This document shows positions 26,188 through 37,400 of a stretch of DNA of 41,317 bases, piece after piece. The notes beneath the pieces were generated by a model. It had not been told where the DNA came from. It did no database searches and was given only the letters and a program-made list of their open reading frames with translations. Each line of letters starts with the position of its first letter. Position 1 is the first letter of the stretch. This DNA comes from an uncultured Pseudomonadota bacterium (GTDB lineage: Bacteria; SAR324; XYD2-FULL-50-16), in NCBI GenBank assembly GCA_964549175.1, contig CAZJUM010000002.1, positions 1 through 41,317 of the forward strand. Reading direction: 5' to 3'. A program made the position numbers and the translations under genes.

Positions 26188-26724
26188 AACTTCTCCGTAA
26201 ATGAACAATGTTTTTATAGCACCACTTGTTGGAATTAAATCCTACCGTGACTATTAGCCATAGAAAAAAGAAAAGTATAACTTTCAAACAAAAAGAGTCG
26301 TTGGCTGTGGGTGGTTAATCTAATTGACGGGTAATGGTCCATGATTACGAATGTTAGTGTTGGCATCATTTCCAATTGTTCGATTAATCCGAATTGATCA
26401 GGCTATCGACTCAAAATGAAGTTACTCCTAGCAAAATAAATTTGAGCGTGCAACTAAAAGTTTCTGAGAAACTGGCAAAACTCTTCAAGTCATCGCAGTA
26501 TAGCACTCGTCAATAATAAGCGTAAGGAGCGCGTCTCCCGTTATGTTTTTTCCTCCTGTTTTAATCGTATCCAAATTCTTCTACTTTTAGATATCTCAGC
26601 TGATGAACAGATTCACCGTGATAGTGTTGGGGAGGTTTTACAAAATCAGAGGATACTGATATTGGATTAATTTGATCGGAACACTTACCAACAACTTGGT
26701 TAAATCAAGCGGAATTAATAAATT

Positions 26725-27630
26725 ATGATAAAAGGGAGCGGAGTTGTCATGCGCCGGACAAAAGGTTTTTATTATTTGAGAACCAGTTCCGGAGAGGAAG
26801 TGGAATGTAAAATCAAAGGAAAGCTTTTTGAACATAGCCGATTCAATAATCAAGTGGCTGTGGGTGATCTGGTTCATTATACCTTCTCAAATGTTGATAG
26901 TGTTGGCTTGATCGATGAAATAGAAGAAAGAAAAAATTTTTTATCTCGAAATCGTGTCGGAGTTGAGGCTGAACAGGTGATTGCCGCGAATATTGATTAT
27001 TTATTTATTGTAAGTTCGGTTAAAAATCCACCTCTCAGAAATAATCTAATTAATCGAATGCTGGTGGCATCTATTGTTGGAAAAATAACTCCGGTTCTCA
27101 TTGTTACAAAAGCGGATTTGTCCGATGACGCGGAAATATCGGAGTTGATAGTGCCTTATCGCCAGTTTGATCTTGAGGTTATTGTCTCATCCACAAGAAA
27201 AAAAACCGATCACAGTAGACTTGTCGAACGCTTAACGGGGAGTGTCAGTGTTTTTGCCGGTCAATCGGGTGTAGGGAAATCTTCTTTGCTGAATATGCTA
27301 TTCCCTGATTTAAATTTAAAGGTGGGCTCCATTAGGCCCAAAACCTTGAAGGGGACTCATACGACAACTCACGCGTCCATGCATCAAATCGCTGATGACA
27401 GCTACGTTGTTGACACACCGGGTATTCGAGAATTTGGGTTATGGAATGTTAGTCGGGAAAATCTAGCAGAATATTACCCGATTGTTCAGGAGTATCATTC
27501 TCAGTGCAAACATCGAAATTGTCGTCATATCCATGAACCAAAATGTGCGGTGAAAGAAGGGGTCCGGTCAGGCTTGGTCAATGAAAAACTATACAACGGA
27601 TATTTATCAATCTATGATTCCCTTGAATAA
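26725..27630 (+). CDS. rsgA: ribosome small-subunit-dependent GTPase RsgA
   Basis: 301 aa with an OB-fold N-terminus (GFYYL ... VGDLV). The GTPase is circularly permuted (VTKADL, then GQSGVGKSSLLN). The C-terminal zinc motif is CKHRNCRHIHEPKCAV. An alternative start at ATG 26749 has a good SD. Confidence 0.9.
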   Translation: MIKGSGVVMRRTKGFYYLRTSSGEEVECKIKGKLFEHSRFNNQVAVGDLVHYTFSNVDSVGLIDEIEERKNFLSRNRVGVEAEQVIAANIDYLFIVSSVKNPPLRNNLINRMLVASIVGKITPVLIVTKADLSDDAEISELIVPYRQFDLEVIVSSTRKKTDHSRLVERLTGSVSVFAGQSGVGKSSLLNMLFPDLNLKVGSIRPKTLKGTHTTTHASMHQIADDSYVVDTPGIREFGLWNVSRENLAEYYPIVQEYHSQCKHRNCRHIHEPKCAVKEGVRSGLVNEKLYNGYLSIYDSLE

Positions 27631-27836
27631 TCCCAGTTTTGTTTGAATCGATAAACTAGCGTTGGATGCTTAAAGTGCTTATCCGACCTCTGCCTTACGC
27701 GACTATCGGATATTATAAAAACCTTCCATTTGACTAAAGAATCGTTTGTAGATAGGCTGACAGCATTTTAAAATTAAATATATTTAGGACAAAACAGCTC
27801 ACCATCCGTCATCATACTCCCTTTCATTGGAAGAAA

Positions 27837-30251
27837 ATGTCGTACGATCCGAAAAATATTGAAAATAAATGGCAAAGATATTGGGAAGAGAATAAAACCT
27901 TTAAAGCCTCGATTGATTATAGCAAAGAAAAATTTTACGCACTCGATATGTTTCCTCACCCCTCCGGAAAAGGGCTACATGTAGGACATCCGGTAGGATA
28001 TATAGCGACGGATATTTTATCTCGATATAAGCGAATGAGAGGATTGAGTGTACTGCATACCATGGGATGGGACGCATTCGGACTGCCTACGGAACAATTT
28101 GCCATAAAAACGGGAACTCATCCGGAGGAAACGACAGCAAACAACATCAACCGGTTTAAGGAACAAATTAAATCCTTGGGATTATCTTACGATTGGGACC
28201 GTGAAATTAATACCACAGATCCAAAGTATTATAAGTGGACCCAATGGATATTTTTGCAATTGTTTAAAAAAGGGTTGGCTTATCAAGCAGATGCTCCGGT
28301 CAATTGGTGTCCGGCACTTAAGACGGTTCTTTCGAATGAAGAGGTTGTTGATGGGAAATCTGAACGCGGTGATCATCCGGTAGTTAAACGCATGATGAAG
28401 CAATGGATGCTGAAAATAACAGAATATGCGGAAAAGCTATTAGTCGATTTGGATGATTTGGACTGGCCGACGTCCATTAAGGAAATGCAAAGAAATTGGA
28501 TCGGAAAATCAACCGGAGCTCGAGTGATCTTCAGTATTGAACAATTTGGAGATACATTTGAGGTGTTTACCACCAGACCCGATACCTTGTTTGGTGCCAC
28601 CTACTGCGTTTTTGCTCCTGAGCATCCATTGGTTAAAAAAATTACCAGCACTGAGAAATGCGAAGAAGTTGAGCGATACATTGAAGCTTGCTCCACTAAA
28701 AGTGATCTGGATCGAACTGAACTGGCAAAAGAAAAGACCGGTATTTTTACAGGTGCTTATGCGATTAACCCGGTGAATAACCAGCCGATTCCCATTTGGA
28801 TTGCTGATTACGTTCTGCTGAGCTACGGAACGGGCATCATTATGGCTGTACCCGGACATGATCAAAGAGATTACGAATTTGCCAAGAAATTCGATTTAAA
28901 CATTGTTTCAATTATAAAAGATCAAGACGCAAAAGAAGAAGCCTGGCCTGGGGATGGAGTTTTGGTTAATAGTGGATTTTTAGACGGGTTAACCGTTGCC
29001 GGCGCAAAAGAAAAAATGTGCGATTGGTTGGAAGATCACAAAGTCGGTAAAAAAGCCATTAATTATAAACTCCGTGATTGGCTGTTTTCTCGCCAAAGAT
29101 ATTGGGGTGAACCTTTTCCGCTTTATATTAAAGATGACGGGGAAGCGATTCCCGTGGATGAGGCAGAGCTTCCGGTGACTTTACCCGAAGTCTTTTCATA
29201 CCAGCCTTCTGAAACCGGTGAAAGCCCATTGGCCAATGTGAAAGATTGGATAAACGTCACCTTGCCTGATGGGACAAAAGTCAAACGGGACTCCAATACC
29301 ATGCCGAATTGGGCTGGTTCATGCTGGTATTTTCTGAGATTTGTAGATCCCGATAATGACGAGTCGCCGTGGTCAAAAGAAGCTGAAAAATACTGGATGC
29401 CGGTTGATATCTATATTGGTGGGGCTGAGCATGCTGTATTGCATTTGTTATATTCGCGATTCTGGCATAAAGTTCTGTATGATTTAGGCCAGATCAGCAC
29501 CAAAGAACCTTTTCAGAAGCTGGTGAACCAAGGGATGATTTTAGGGGAAAATGGGGTTAAGATGTCCAAATCATTGGGGAACGTTATTAATCCTGATGAT
29601 GTGGTTCGAGAATATGGTGCCGATACCTTGCGCATGTACGAAATGTTCATGGGGCCTTTAGAGAAATCAAAGCTGTGGAGTACAAAAGGACTGGAAGGAA
29701 CGCACCGCTTTTTGAAAAGAGTCTGGCGGATGATTGTGGATGAAGATGGCGGGCTGTCACCCTATGTAACAGATGAGACACCGGAAGAGAAACAGCTGAA
29801 GTTATTGCATGAAACCATCAAAAAAGTAAGTGATGATGTGGAGAATCTCCGTTTCAATACAGCTCTTTCACAGTTGATGATTTGCAGTAACGGAATAATT
29901 GATTCGGTAAAACGAAATTCAGAGCTGTTGAAAAGCTTCGTTTTATTGCTGAGTCCTTTTGCTCCCCATATTTGTGAAGAACTTTGGCAAAAGTTAGGAA
30001 TGTCAGAAAGTTTGGCATTTGAAAAATGGCCGGTTTACGATGAAAAACTGCTTGTCAAAGAAGAGTATCAAATTCCGGTTCAAATTAACGGGAAGGTTCG
30101 GGACAATATAACCCTTCCTGTGGGGTGCTCTCAAGAAGAAGCATTTGAACGATCAAAACAGTCTGAAAAAGTGCGAAAATATATCGATGGAAAAACAGTC
30201 GTGAAAGTGATTTTCATCAAAAACAGAATCATGAGTATAGTCGTCAGGTAA
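27837..30251 (+). CDS. leuS: leucine--tRNA ligase
   Basis: 804 aa. Motifs are [24 protein letters not shown] (HIGH) and VKMSKSLGN (KMSKS), with a CP1 editing domain region. Confidence 0.97.
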   Translation: MSYDPKNIENKWQRYWEENKTFKASIDYSKEKFYALDMFPHPSGKGLHVGHPVGYIATDILSRYKRMRGLSVLHTMGWDAFGLPTEQFAIKTGTHPEETTANNINRFKEQIKSLGLSYDWDREINTTDPKYYKWTQWIFLQLFKKGLAYQADAPVNWCPALKTVLSNEEVVDGKSERGDHPVVKRMMKQWMLKITEYAEKLLVDLDDLDWPTSIKEMQRNWIGKSTGARVIFSIEQFGDTFEVFTTRPDTLFGATYCVFAPEHPLVKKITSTEKCEEVERYIEACSTKSDLDRTELAKEKTGIFTGAYAINPVNNQPIPIWIADYVLLSYGTGIIMAVPGHDQRDYEFAKKFDLNIVSIIKDQDAKEEAWPGDGVLVNSGFLDGLTVAGAKEKMCDWLEDHKVGKKAINYKLRDWLFSRQRYWGEPFPLYIKDDGEAIPVDEAELPVTLPEVFSYQPSETGESPLANVKDWINVTLPDGTKVKRDSNTMPNWAGSCWYFLRFVDPDNDESPWSKEAEKYWMPVDIYIGGAEHAVLHLLYSRFWHKVLYDLGQISTKEPFQKLVNQGMILGENGVKMSKSLGNVINPDDVVREYGADTLRMYEMFMGPLEKSKLWSTKGLEGTHRFLKRVWRMIVDEDGGLSPYVTDETPEEKQLKLLHETIKKVSDDVENLRFNTALSQLMICSNGIIDSVKRNSELLKSFVLLLSPFAPHICEELWQKLGMSESLAFEKWPVYDEKLLVKEEYQIPVQINGKVRDNITLPVGCSQEEAFERSKQSEKVRKYIDGKTVVKVIFIKNRIMSIVVR

Positions 30252-30256
30252 GTAGT

Positions 30257-31135
30257 TTGTTAACCGCAACTCAAGAAATCAGTTTGCAAAGAAATGATCC
30301 TTGCTGGTGTGGCAGCGGCAAAAAGTACAAAAAATGCCACCTGAAAAAGGATCAAGCAAATCCCAGGAAAAATATTCCTCCCTCTAAGCCAGCCCAAATA
30401 CAGCGAAGTAAGCGGTTTATCAAAGGGATGGAAGCAAGCTGTCGACTGGCGAAAGAAACCGTGTTGATGGTGGAGGATCGGATCAAAGAAGGTATTACGA
30501 CGAATGAAATCAATGATTGGGTACACGATTATATTCTGAAGCACAGAGCTATTCCGGCACCCTTGAATTACAATGGCTTCCCTAAATCGGTGTGTACATC
30601 ACTTAATGAAGTCATTTGTCATGGTATTCCCAGTGATCGTGTAATCAAAACCGGAGACATTGTTAATGTTGATATCACCTGCATTCTTGAGGGGTATTTT
30701 GGTGATACTAGTAAGACCTTTTTGATCGGTGAATGTTCCGAAAAAGCAAAAAAGATTGCCGCTGTCTCGGAAGAATGTTTGCGAATTGGAATAGCAGCGA
30801 CAAAACCTTATGGAAGGATCGGAGATATCGGGGCCGCCATTCAAAAATATGCGGTGTCGCAAAATTGCTCAGTGGTTGAGGAATTTGTCGGACATGGTAT
30901 AGGGAGAAAGTTTCATACCGAACCTCAGGTTCCTCATTTTGGGAAAAAAGGAGCAGGCCCATTAATCATCCCGGGAATGTATTTTACCATTGAACCAATG
31001 ATTAACCTGGGGAAACGAGGTGTAAAAGTATTAGATGATGGTTGGACTGCTGTTACTGCTGATAATAAACTATCAGCGCAATTTGAACACACGCTGTTTA
31101 TCACGGATAATGAAGTCAAAGTTTTAACGGAATAA
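30257..31135 (+). CDS. map: type I methionine aminopeptidase with an N-terminal SEC-C zinc motif
   Basis: 292 aa with a TTG start 5 nt after the leuS stop. The SEC-C motif is NDPCWCGSGKKYKKCH. Map core motifs are CHGIP, DIVNVDIT, GHGIG, FTIEPM and FEHT. Confidence 0.92.
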   Translation: MLTATQEISLQRNDPCWCGSGKKYKKCHLKKDQANPRKNIPPSKPAQIQRSKRFIKGMEASCRLAKETVLMVEDRIKEGITTNEINDWVHDYILKHRAIPAPLNYNGFPKSVCTSLNEVICHGIPSDRVIKTGDIVNVDITCILEGYFGDTSKTFLIGECSEKAKKIAAVSEECLRIGIAATKPYGRIGDIGAAIQKYAVSQNCSVVEEFVGHGIGRKFHTEPQVPHFGKKGAGPLIIPGMYFTIEPMINLGKRGVKVLDDGWTAVTADNKLSAQFEHTLFITDNEVKVLTE

Positions 31136-31578
31136 CGCATAAATTGACGGACGCGAAAAATAGATGATTGAAGTTGACGCACGATCCTATCCTTTTCTGT
31201 TTGACCCATGTCTTAAAATTGAATTGTGAGTAAAGCAAATCGCACAATTCAAGCTCCTGAATATAATATCGTTAACCGGTGATATAATAGAGCTAGATTG
31301 GCTTTATCGAAAGATTAAGTGAAAATTCGCGTCTTGGATCCCTGGTTCAGGGAAGGTACTTAAAGTGTTGAGGGTTCACGGAAGATTATGAACCATCAAT
31401 ACTCACCGGATTTCTGAATGCGCTGATTGAAAGGTACATGAGTAAAAGAGCGGTGCCTGTTATGAAAAAGTCACTAGGAATACCGATCAACTGGCATTAA
31501 AACCAAGACGACTGAATTATACACAAAATGAGTTTGGTTGGATATACACCAAGCCAAAAAGAAACTATCGGAGTATAG

Positions 31579-34089
31579 ATGAGTAAAAAAGTTATGTTAA
31601 TCAATGTCACCGACGATGAAAGCCGAATTGCCATTGTCGAAGACAATATTTTACAGGAAATGTTGATTGAGCACCAAACACGTGAACAAATAAAAAATAA
31701 CATATGTAAAGCTGTGGTTGTTCAAGTTAATACCGGTCTGCAAGCTGCATTTGTTGATTTTGGAAATAAAAAACACGGGTTTCTTCCCAGTAATGAAATT
31801 AATCCCAGGTTGTATCAGAAGAAAAGTCACAAAACACCGATTCAAAAAGTATTACAACGGGGACAATCGTTTATTGTTCAGGTGACAAGAGAGGCGGTTG
31901 ACAATAAAGGGGCCGCGCTTAGCACCAATATCTCAATTCCCGGGAGGTTTATGGTTTTAATGCCAGATTCCGATAAGGGAGGGGTCTCAAAAAGAATCGA
32001 AGATCAAAATGAGCGAGACCGACTTAAAGGATTTTTGTCAGGGATTGAATCAGAAGATCATGCCGTTATTATTCGAACGGCGGGCGCAAATCGAGATTTA
32101 CTGGAACTTAAAAAAGATTACACGCATTTGAAAAAAAGTTGGGAAGATATCCAGGTTTTATTTAACCGAATGGAAAAACCAGGGTTGATCCGGGAAGAAG
32201 ATGATGTAGTGACCAGAACCTTGCGAGATTATTATACGGAAGACATTAAAGAAATTTGGGTGGACAATGCCGAAGCGTTTCAAAAGGCATTGACCTTCCT
32301 CAAAAAAACCACTCCTCGTCGTCAAAAAGATCTCAAATTATTTGTTGGGGATCGTTCGCTTTTTGCCACCTATAAAATTGAGAGACAAGTCGAACAACTG
32401 ACGGCTCGAGAGATTTCATTGAAATCCGGTGGTTCCATTGTAATTGAGCAAACTGAGGCTTTGGTGTCTATCGATGTTAACTCAGGAAAGTCAAATCAAG
32501 AGGAGAACATTGATGATACCGCGCTTCGAACGAATTTGGAAGCAGCTGATGAAATTGCGCGACAATTGAGGTTGAGAAACTTGGCCGGGCTGGTTGTTGT
32601 TGACTTCATTGATATGGAAACTGAGTCAGCACGACAAAAAGTTGAGCAACAAATTCAAGCATCGATGTCCCGAGACAAAGCTCAACGAAAATATAATCCC
32701 ATATCTCAATTCGGATTAATGGAAATGAGCCGACAACGCTTAACAATCGGTATTTCGCGTACCGTCGAGAGCATTTGTCCCACGTGTAACGGGAAAGGCA
32801 GGATTTCATCGATACTGGCCTCCACGAATCTGATTATTCGGACAATTCGAGAAATGGCAGCTCGCGGTAACCTTTTAAAAGTGGATGGCGAACTGCCCTT
32901 GGAATTGGCGAATCACTTGTTGAATGAGCGCAGACAATCAATAACGGACTTGGAACTTGAATTTGGTATTCATATATTGCTCAGGGGTAATCCGAACTTG
33001 ACGGTGTTTAATGAGCGTCAGATTAAGTCTGCCTACAGCGGAAAAAGTCAGCAAAGGCATGACTCCGGAAGCCAAGTAAGCGATAAACAAAAGTATGAGT
33101 CTCATAAGAAATCCGGCAAGCAACCAGACACTGAAGTCGCAAAACAGGCGGATGAGAAAAAGCAGATATCTGAAAAGAAAACTCAAAAAGATAAAAGCCC
33201 AAAGAAAGCCAAGCGAAATATAAAGACGGATGTTGCGAGCGATATAAAACTGCTTGAAGAAGGAACTTCCACTGATAAAACTGAGGTACCGCAATCGAAT
33301 TCCAAGAAGCCGAAAACAGCGACTGTTGAGTCGGAAAATGAGACTCTGCATCCCTCATGCTTATTTCAGGATGTTCAGGAGTTATCCGAAGAGGTGTTGG
33401 AAGAAGTAACCACTTCTTTTGAAAATCGGCTTAAAGGAAAAGCGGACAACCAAGTTTTTAAACCCATTGATCCCAAGTACCTTTGGAGTGCGAATGGGAG
33501 TGGAACAAGTGATGAGAGTGAGGATGCCGGTGAATTAAACGTTCAAGCACAAACGGAAGACGCGAAAATGCCCGACTCAGATGAAACCGGTAATCAAGTG
33601 AAAGCTGCGGAGTTTGATGCGGAGCCAGTCAAGTCAGAAAAATCTCTGCCGGGAAAAAAGCGAAAAACATCCCAAACAGCGGCTAAAAAAAGGAAAAAGA
33701 CCGATGAAAAGCAGTTAAAAGCCGATAAAAAAATCAGTAAGAAAGAAAAAGAGCAAAAGCCCGCTAAGAAAGCAGTGGCAATAAAATCAAAAAAAGTGCC
33801 TGTTGAGGAAACTGCCGCGTCTATCGAAGTAATATCGGAAAAAGTTGAGAGAGCTTCAAAAAAGGCTGAATCCGCAAAAAAAGCAACCGGTTCAAAAAAA
33901 GAATCTGATGTCAAAAAGGGTGACGCGAAAAAGTCTACCAGGAAGTCTTCCGGAAGCTTAAAGAAAGAATCGGCTGGCGCGAAAAAAACAAAGATTGAGA
34001 AAAAAGGCCGGAAAAAAACTAAACCAGCTGCTAAAAAGACGAGCAAAACCGAACCTGATAAGCTAAAAACTACCGAAAAAAAAGCATAA
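31579..34089 (+). CDS. rne: ribonuclease E/G family endoribonuclease (RNase E-like) with a ~340-aa Lys-rich disordered C-terminal tail
   Basis: 836 aa. It has an N-terminal S1 domain, IDVNSGKS, the zinc-link CPTCNGKGRI, and then a low-complexity K/E/S/A-rich tail running to the stop. Confidence 0.9.
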   Translation: MSKKVMLINVTDDESRIAIVEDNILQEMLIEHQTREQIKNNICKAVVVQVNTGLQAAFVDFGNKKHGFLPSNEINPRLYQKKSHKTPIQKVLQRGQSFIVQVTREAVDNKGAALSTNISIPGRFMVLMPDSDKGGVSKRIEDQNERDRLKGFLSGIESEDHAVIIRTAGANRDLLELKKDYTHLKKSWEDIQVLFNRMEKPGLIREEDDVVTRTLRDYYTEDIKEIWVDNAEAFQKALTFLKKTTPRRQKDLKLFVGDRSLFATYKIERQVEQLTAREISLKSGGSIVIEQTEALVSIDVNSGKSNQEENIDDTALRTNLEAADEIARQLRLRNLAGLVVVDFIDMETESARQKVEQQIQASMSRDKAQRKYNPISQFGLMEMSRQRLTIGISRTVESICPTCNGKGRISSILASTNLIIRTIREMAARGNLLKVDGELPLELANHLLNERRQSITDLELEFGIHILLRGNPNLTVFNERQIKSAYSGKSQQRHDSGSQVSDKQKYESHKKSGKQPDTEVAKQADEKKQISEKKTQKDKSPKKAKRNIKTDVASDIKLLEEGTSTDKTEVPQSNSKKPKTATVESENETLHPSCLFQDVQELSEEVLEEVTTSFENRLKGKADNQVFKPIDPKYLWSANGSGTSDESEDAGELNVQAQTEDAKMPDSDETGNQVKAAEFDAEPVKSEKSLPGKKRKTSQTAAKKRKKTDEKQLKADKKISKKEKEQKPAKKAVAIKSKKVPVEETAASIEVISEKVERASKKAESAKKATGSKKESDVKKGDAKKSTRKSSGSLKKESAGAKKTKIEKKGRKKTKPAAKKTSKTEPDKLKTTEKKA

Positions 34090-34431
34090 AAAAAAGAATA
34101 TCGGAAGTCGTTGAGATGATTGAAAACAAATCACGCTTCCTATGGTGGTTATGGGTAGTTGCCTCTCAAAATGTTGTTTTGTATGTGATCGATCCCTCAC
34201 CGAATCTTTGTCGCCGACCGTTTCAGCACTTATGAGGCAATCAATGACGCAAAGGTGCTTATCGCTTATATTTGGGCGCACCTGAGCGCGATTTAATCAA
34301 TTTGAAATCTCAGAAAACGCTCAAAGATAATCGGTCAATGGACGGATGATTGGTTAACTCTCATTAAAATGGTCTTTGACAAAATGAACGTTTGATATGG
34401 TTTTTAAGTTGTTTTGTTCTAATGAGGCCGG

Positions 34432-37400
34432 CTAGAGCTTGTTTTTTTGCATAAACTTTTCCAGGCGTTGGGGAGATATTGGGAAAGGGGTTTTTAAATC
34501 CTGTGCGAATACTGACACTTTCAATTCTTCAATCATCCATCGCAGTTGTCGCAATACCCAAAACTCCTCAATATTGTATGTTGACTTGTCATTCCAAAGT
34601 AAAGTGGCTTTTGCTTGAAATGGCTGAATATCCTCCCATTTAGCTTTCTCTTTGTCCGGATTAACTCGAAATTTTTCAATTCTACGTTGGTATGCTTTTA
34701 AGATTCGGGCACAATGCGGCCATTGAGCAAGTGGTATTTCATTGAGGCATTTCGGTGATAAGAAAAAATCCAATTCCTCTTGTAGCTGACACTTTATCCA
34801 TTGATTTTGCCGCTGATGCCGGGAAGCGAGCATGATCAAAATTTCCTGGCGGAGTTTGAGCGTCGCGTCAATCCAGGTTACCACGCGTTGTGCCAATCCG
34901 CTCATTTCTTTGCGGCACGCTTCAGCGCGCTTATTGAAAGCATTCTGTATCCACATGGGTGATCCTTGGTATCCGAGTAATCCGGCGCGAATCATGTCGA
35001 ATGCATGGTCTCGTACTTGATTATGGAAACGCCTGTATAGTTTATTATTACTTCCGCCAAGCTTCTTTTTCAGTGCTTCGATGGCGAGCGTTTTGCTCCC
35101 TTTCCAGAGATTTTGAAACAACAAGAGTGTATCCTCTGAAAAGCGGAGTTCTTCGTGTATCCATCCAAAATCAGCACCCAGTTTTAATTCCAACAAATAA
35201 GGAAGGGCCCGCAGCGATTTATCTTTGGCCTCTTTGCGTGTTTTGGACAATGTGATCTTTAAACCATCGTTTTCTTTGATCAGTGTGCGATATCCCCACA
35301 GTGCGACATTACCTCGATCGGCAAGGAGCACTTTTTCGATCAAGTTTGGAAAATTCCAATCCAAAACATGATAGTGTTCCAATGAACTGACCAAGCTATT
35401 CCAATCATCTTGTTGCTTCTTTTCTTCTCCCCGTAGTTCATTAAGATGCCTACTAAAACGAACTTCATGAGTTTTGGGATCGATCATTGAAAAGTTCATT
35501 CTGAGGAAAGGGGGGAGATCTTGTCGGTTCCAGTCTTCAGGAGCGATATAGACTCTGGTGATTTCAAATAAGGTGTCCGAAAGATTTTTATAGAACTCTT
35601 TGGCAGTCGTTTTGGCAAAACTATCCGGATCACTGCTGTATTTAAACGCGGTCATATCCTCCCAGACCAGTCGGGCTTTTTCACTGACAGGGACCAGCTT
35701 CTTCCTGAGGTTTTTTGACAGATTTTTGAGCAGCCATTCGATTTTATCCAATAACAATCCGGGAACCAAATATTCAAAGGACTCCTCATGAACATTATTG
35801 AGCAACTTCCAAGGTAAGTAAATGGTGACCCCATCATCTTCATGACCCGGATTGAATTGGTATTTCAATTGACATTTTTTATCACCGATCTTAAATACTT
35901 CCGGATAAAGCGATTCGGTATTTTCAGGCTCTTGATGGAGCAGATCCTTTTCGGTGAGAAAGAGAAACTGATCTCCTGAGTGTTGATTGATTAGTTTTTG
36001 CAAATCCTGCACACAGGAAACTTCTTTAATCCGTGCACGATAAAATTTTTCGATCGTGCTGTCATCCACCAGTAGATTCCTCTTTCTGGTCTTGTCTTCC
36101 TTTTTCCGTATGGATTCGATTAATTGGCGATTATGTTTCCAGAAGGGAAACCTTCCGTTAAAGTTCCCTTCTACCAAAGCTTCCCGAATGAACACTTCAG
36201 TTGATTCGTTGATGTTAGTTTTACCATAGTTCACGGTTCTATTCTCAACGATTTTGAACCCGAATAGTGTTACCGTCTCATTCGCAATCACACGTGAGTT
36301 ATTCTGATCCCAGCGGGGCATTGTCCAGGTTTTACGGCAAAGATCTCCTCCCAGTGCCTCAAGCCAATCAGGATCGATTTTAGCAACACGATGGGCAAAC
36401 AAGCCTGAGGTCTCAATGATTTCAATGGCAACAATCCACTCATGGTTTGATCGGTATTGATCAGAGCCTGGAAAGAGAACCAACTCGCGATTTTTAGTAC
36501 TCTGATATAGTTTTTTCTCTTTCTTTTTGGCGATGTGACTTAAGTAACCGGCAAGTATACTGCGGTGTAGGGCGTCTTGATCCAGCATTGCGGGGCGACT
36601 TGATCGCCATCGATTATCTTGCGCGATATTGAGCAGTTGGTTATGAATATCCCGCCATTCTCTCATTTTTCGATAAGAAAGAAAGTTTTGTTTGCAGAAC
36701 TTTCTCATTTTATTCTGGGTCTTCAGTTCGTTCCATCGATCATGGTAGTGTTCCCATAGATTCAGCAAAGTTAGCAGATCCGATTCTTTGGAATTGAATC
36801 GAGCGTGTTTTTGCCGGGCTTGAGTTTTTTTATCATCGGGATATTCTCTAGGGTCTTGGCAAGAAATAGCAGATGCTACAATTAATACAGGATGCAGGAC
36901 GTTTTCATTGTTGGCTTGGATAATCATCCGGGCAGTTCTGGGATCAACCGGCAACCGAGCCATTTGATGACCGATGGGTGACAGATGTTTGGTATCCGTC
37001 AATGCCCCCAGCTCCCTCAGGGTGCGATAGCCCGCTTTAATTTGAGCGGTTTCAGGTGGGTCAATAAATGGAAATGTATCAATATCTCCCAGCTTTAAAT
37101 GGATCATACGCAAAATGACCTCTGAAAGATCAGATCGCTGGATCTCAGGCGCGGAATAAGTGTCACGAGATAAAAAATCCGCTTCAGTATACAAGCGAAT
37201 GCAGATTCCGCTGGCAACACGACCACATCGTCCTTTACGTTGGTTGGCACTACTTTGTGAAATTCGGGTGATGGGAAGTCCCTGGGTTCCTGAGCGCGTG
37301 TTATACTGACTTATTCTGGCCCGACCGGAATCGATAACGTAGTGGATACGGGGAATTGTGATGGATGTTTCCGCGATGTTAGTCGCGAGAATGATTTTAC

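Noticed and set aside
32938-34046. Several 110-150-aa minus-strand ORFs
   Set aside because: They are antisense to the Lys-rich (AAA/AAG-rich) tail of rne. TTT-rich antisense frames stay open by composition alone.
34063-34281. 72-aa minus-strand ORF in the rne/hrpA convergent gap
   Set aside because: It overlaps the rne stop region, has no SD and no motif, and has an implausible hydrophobic or poly-Phe C-terminus derived from the A-tract.
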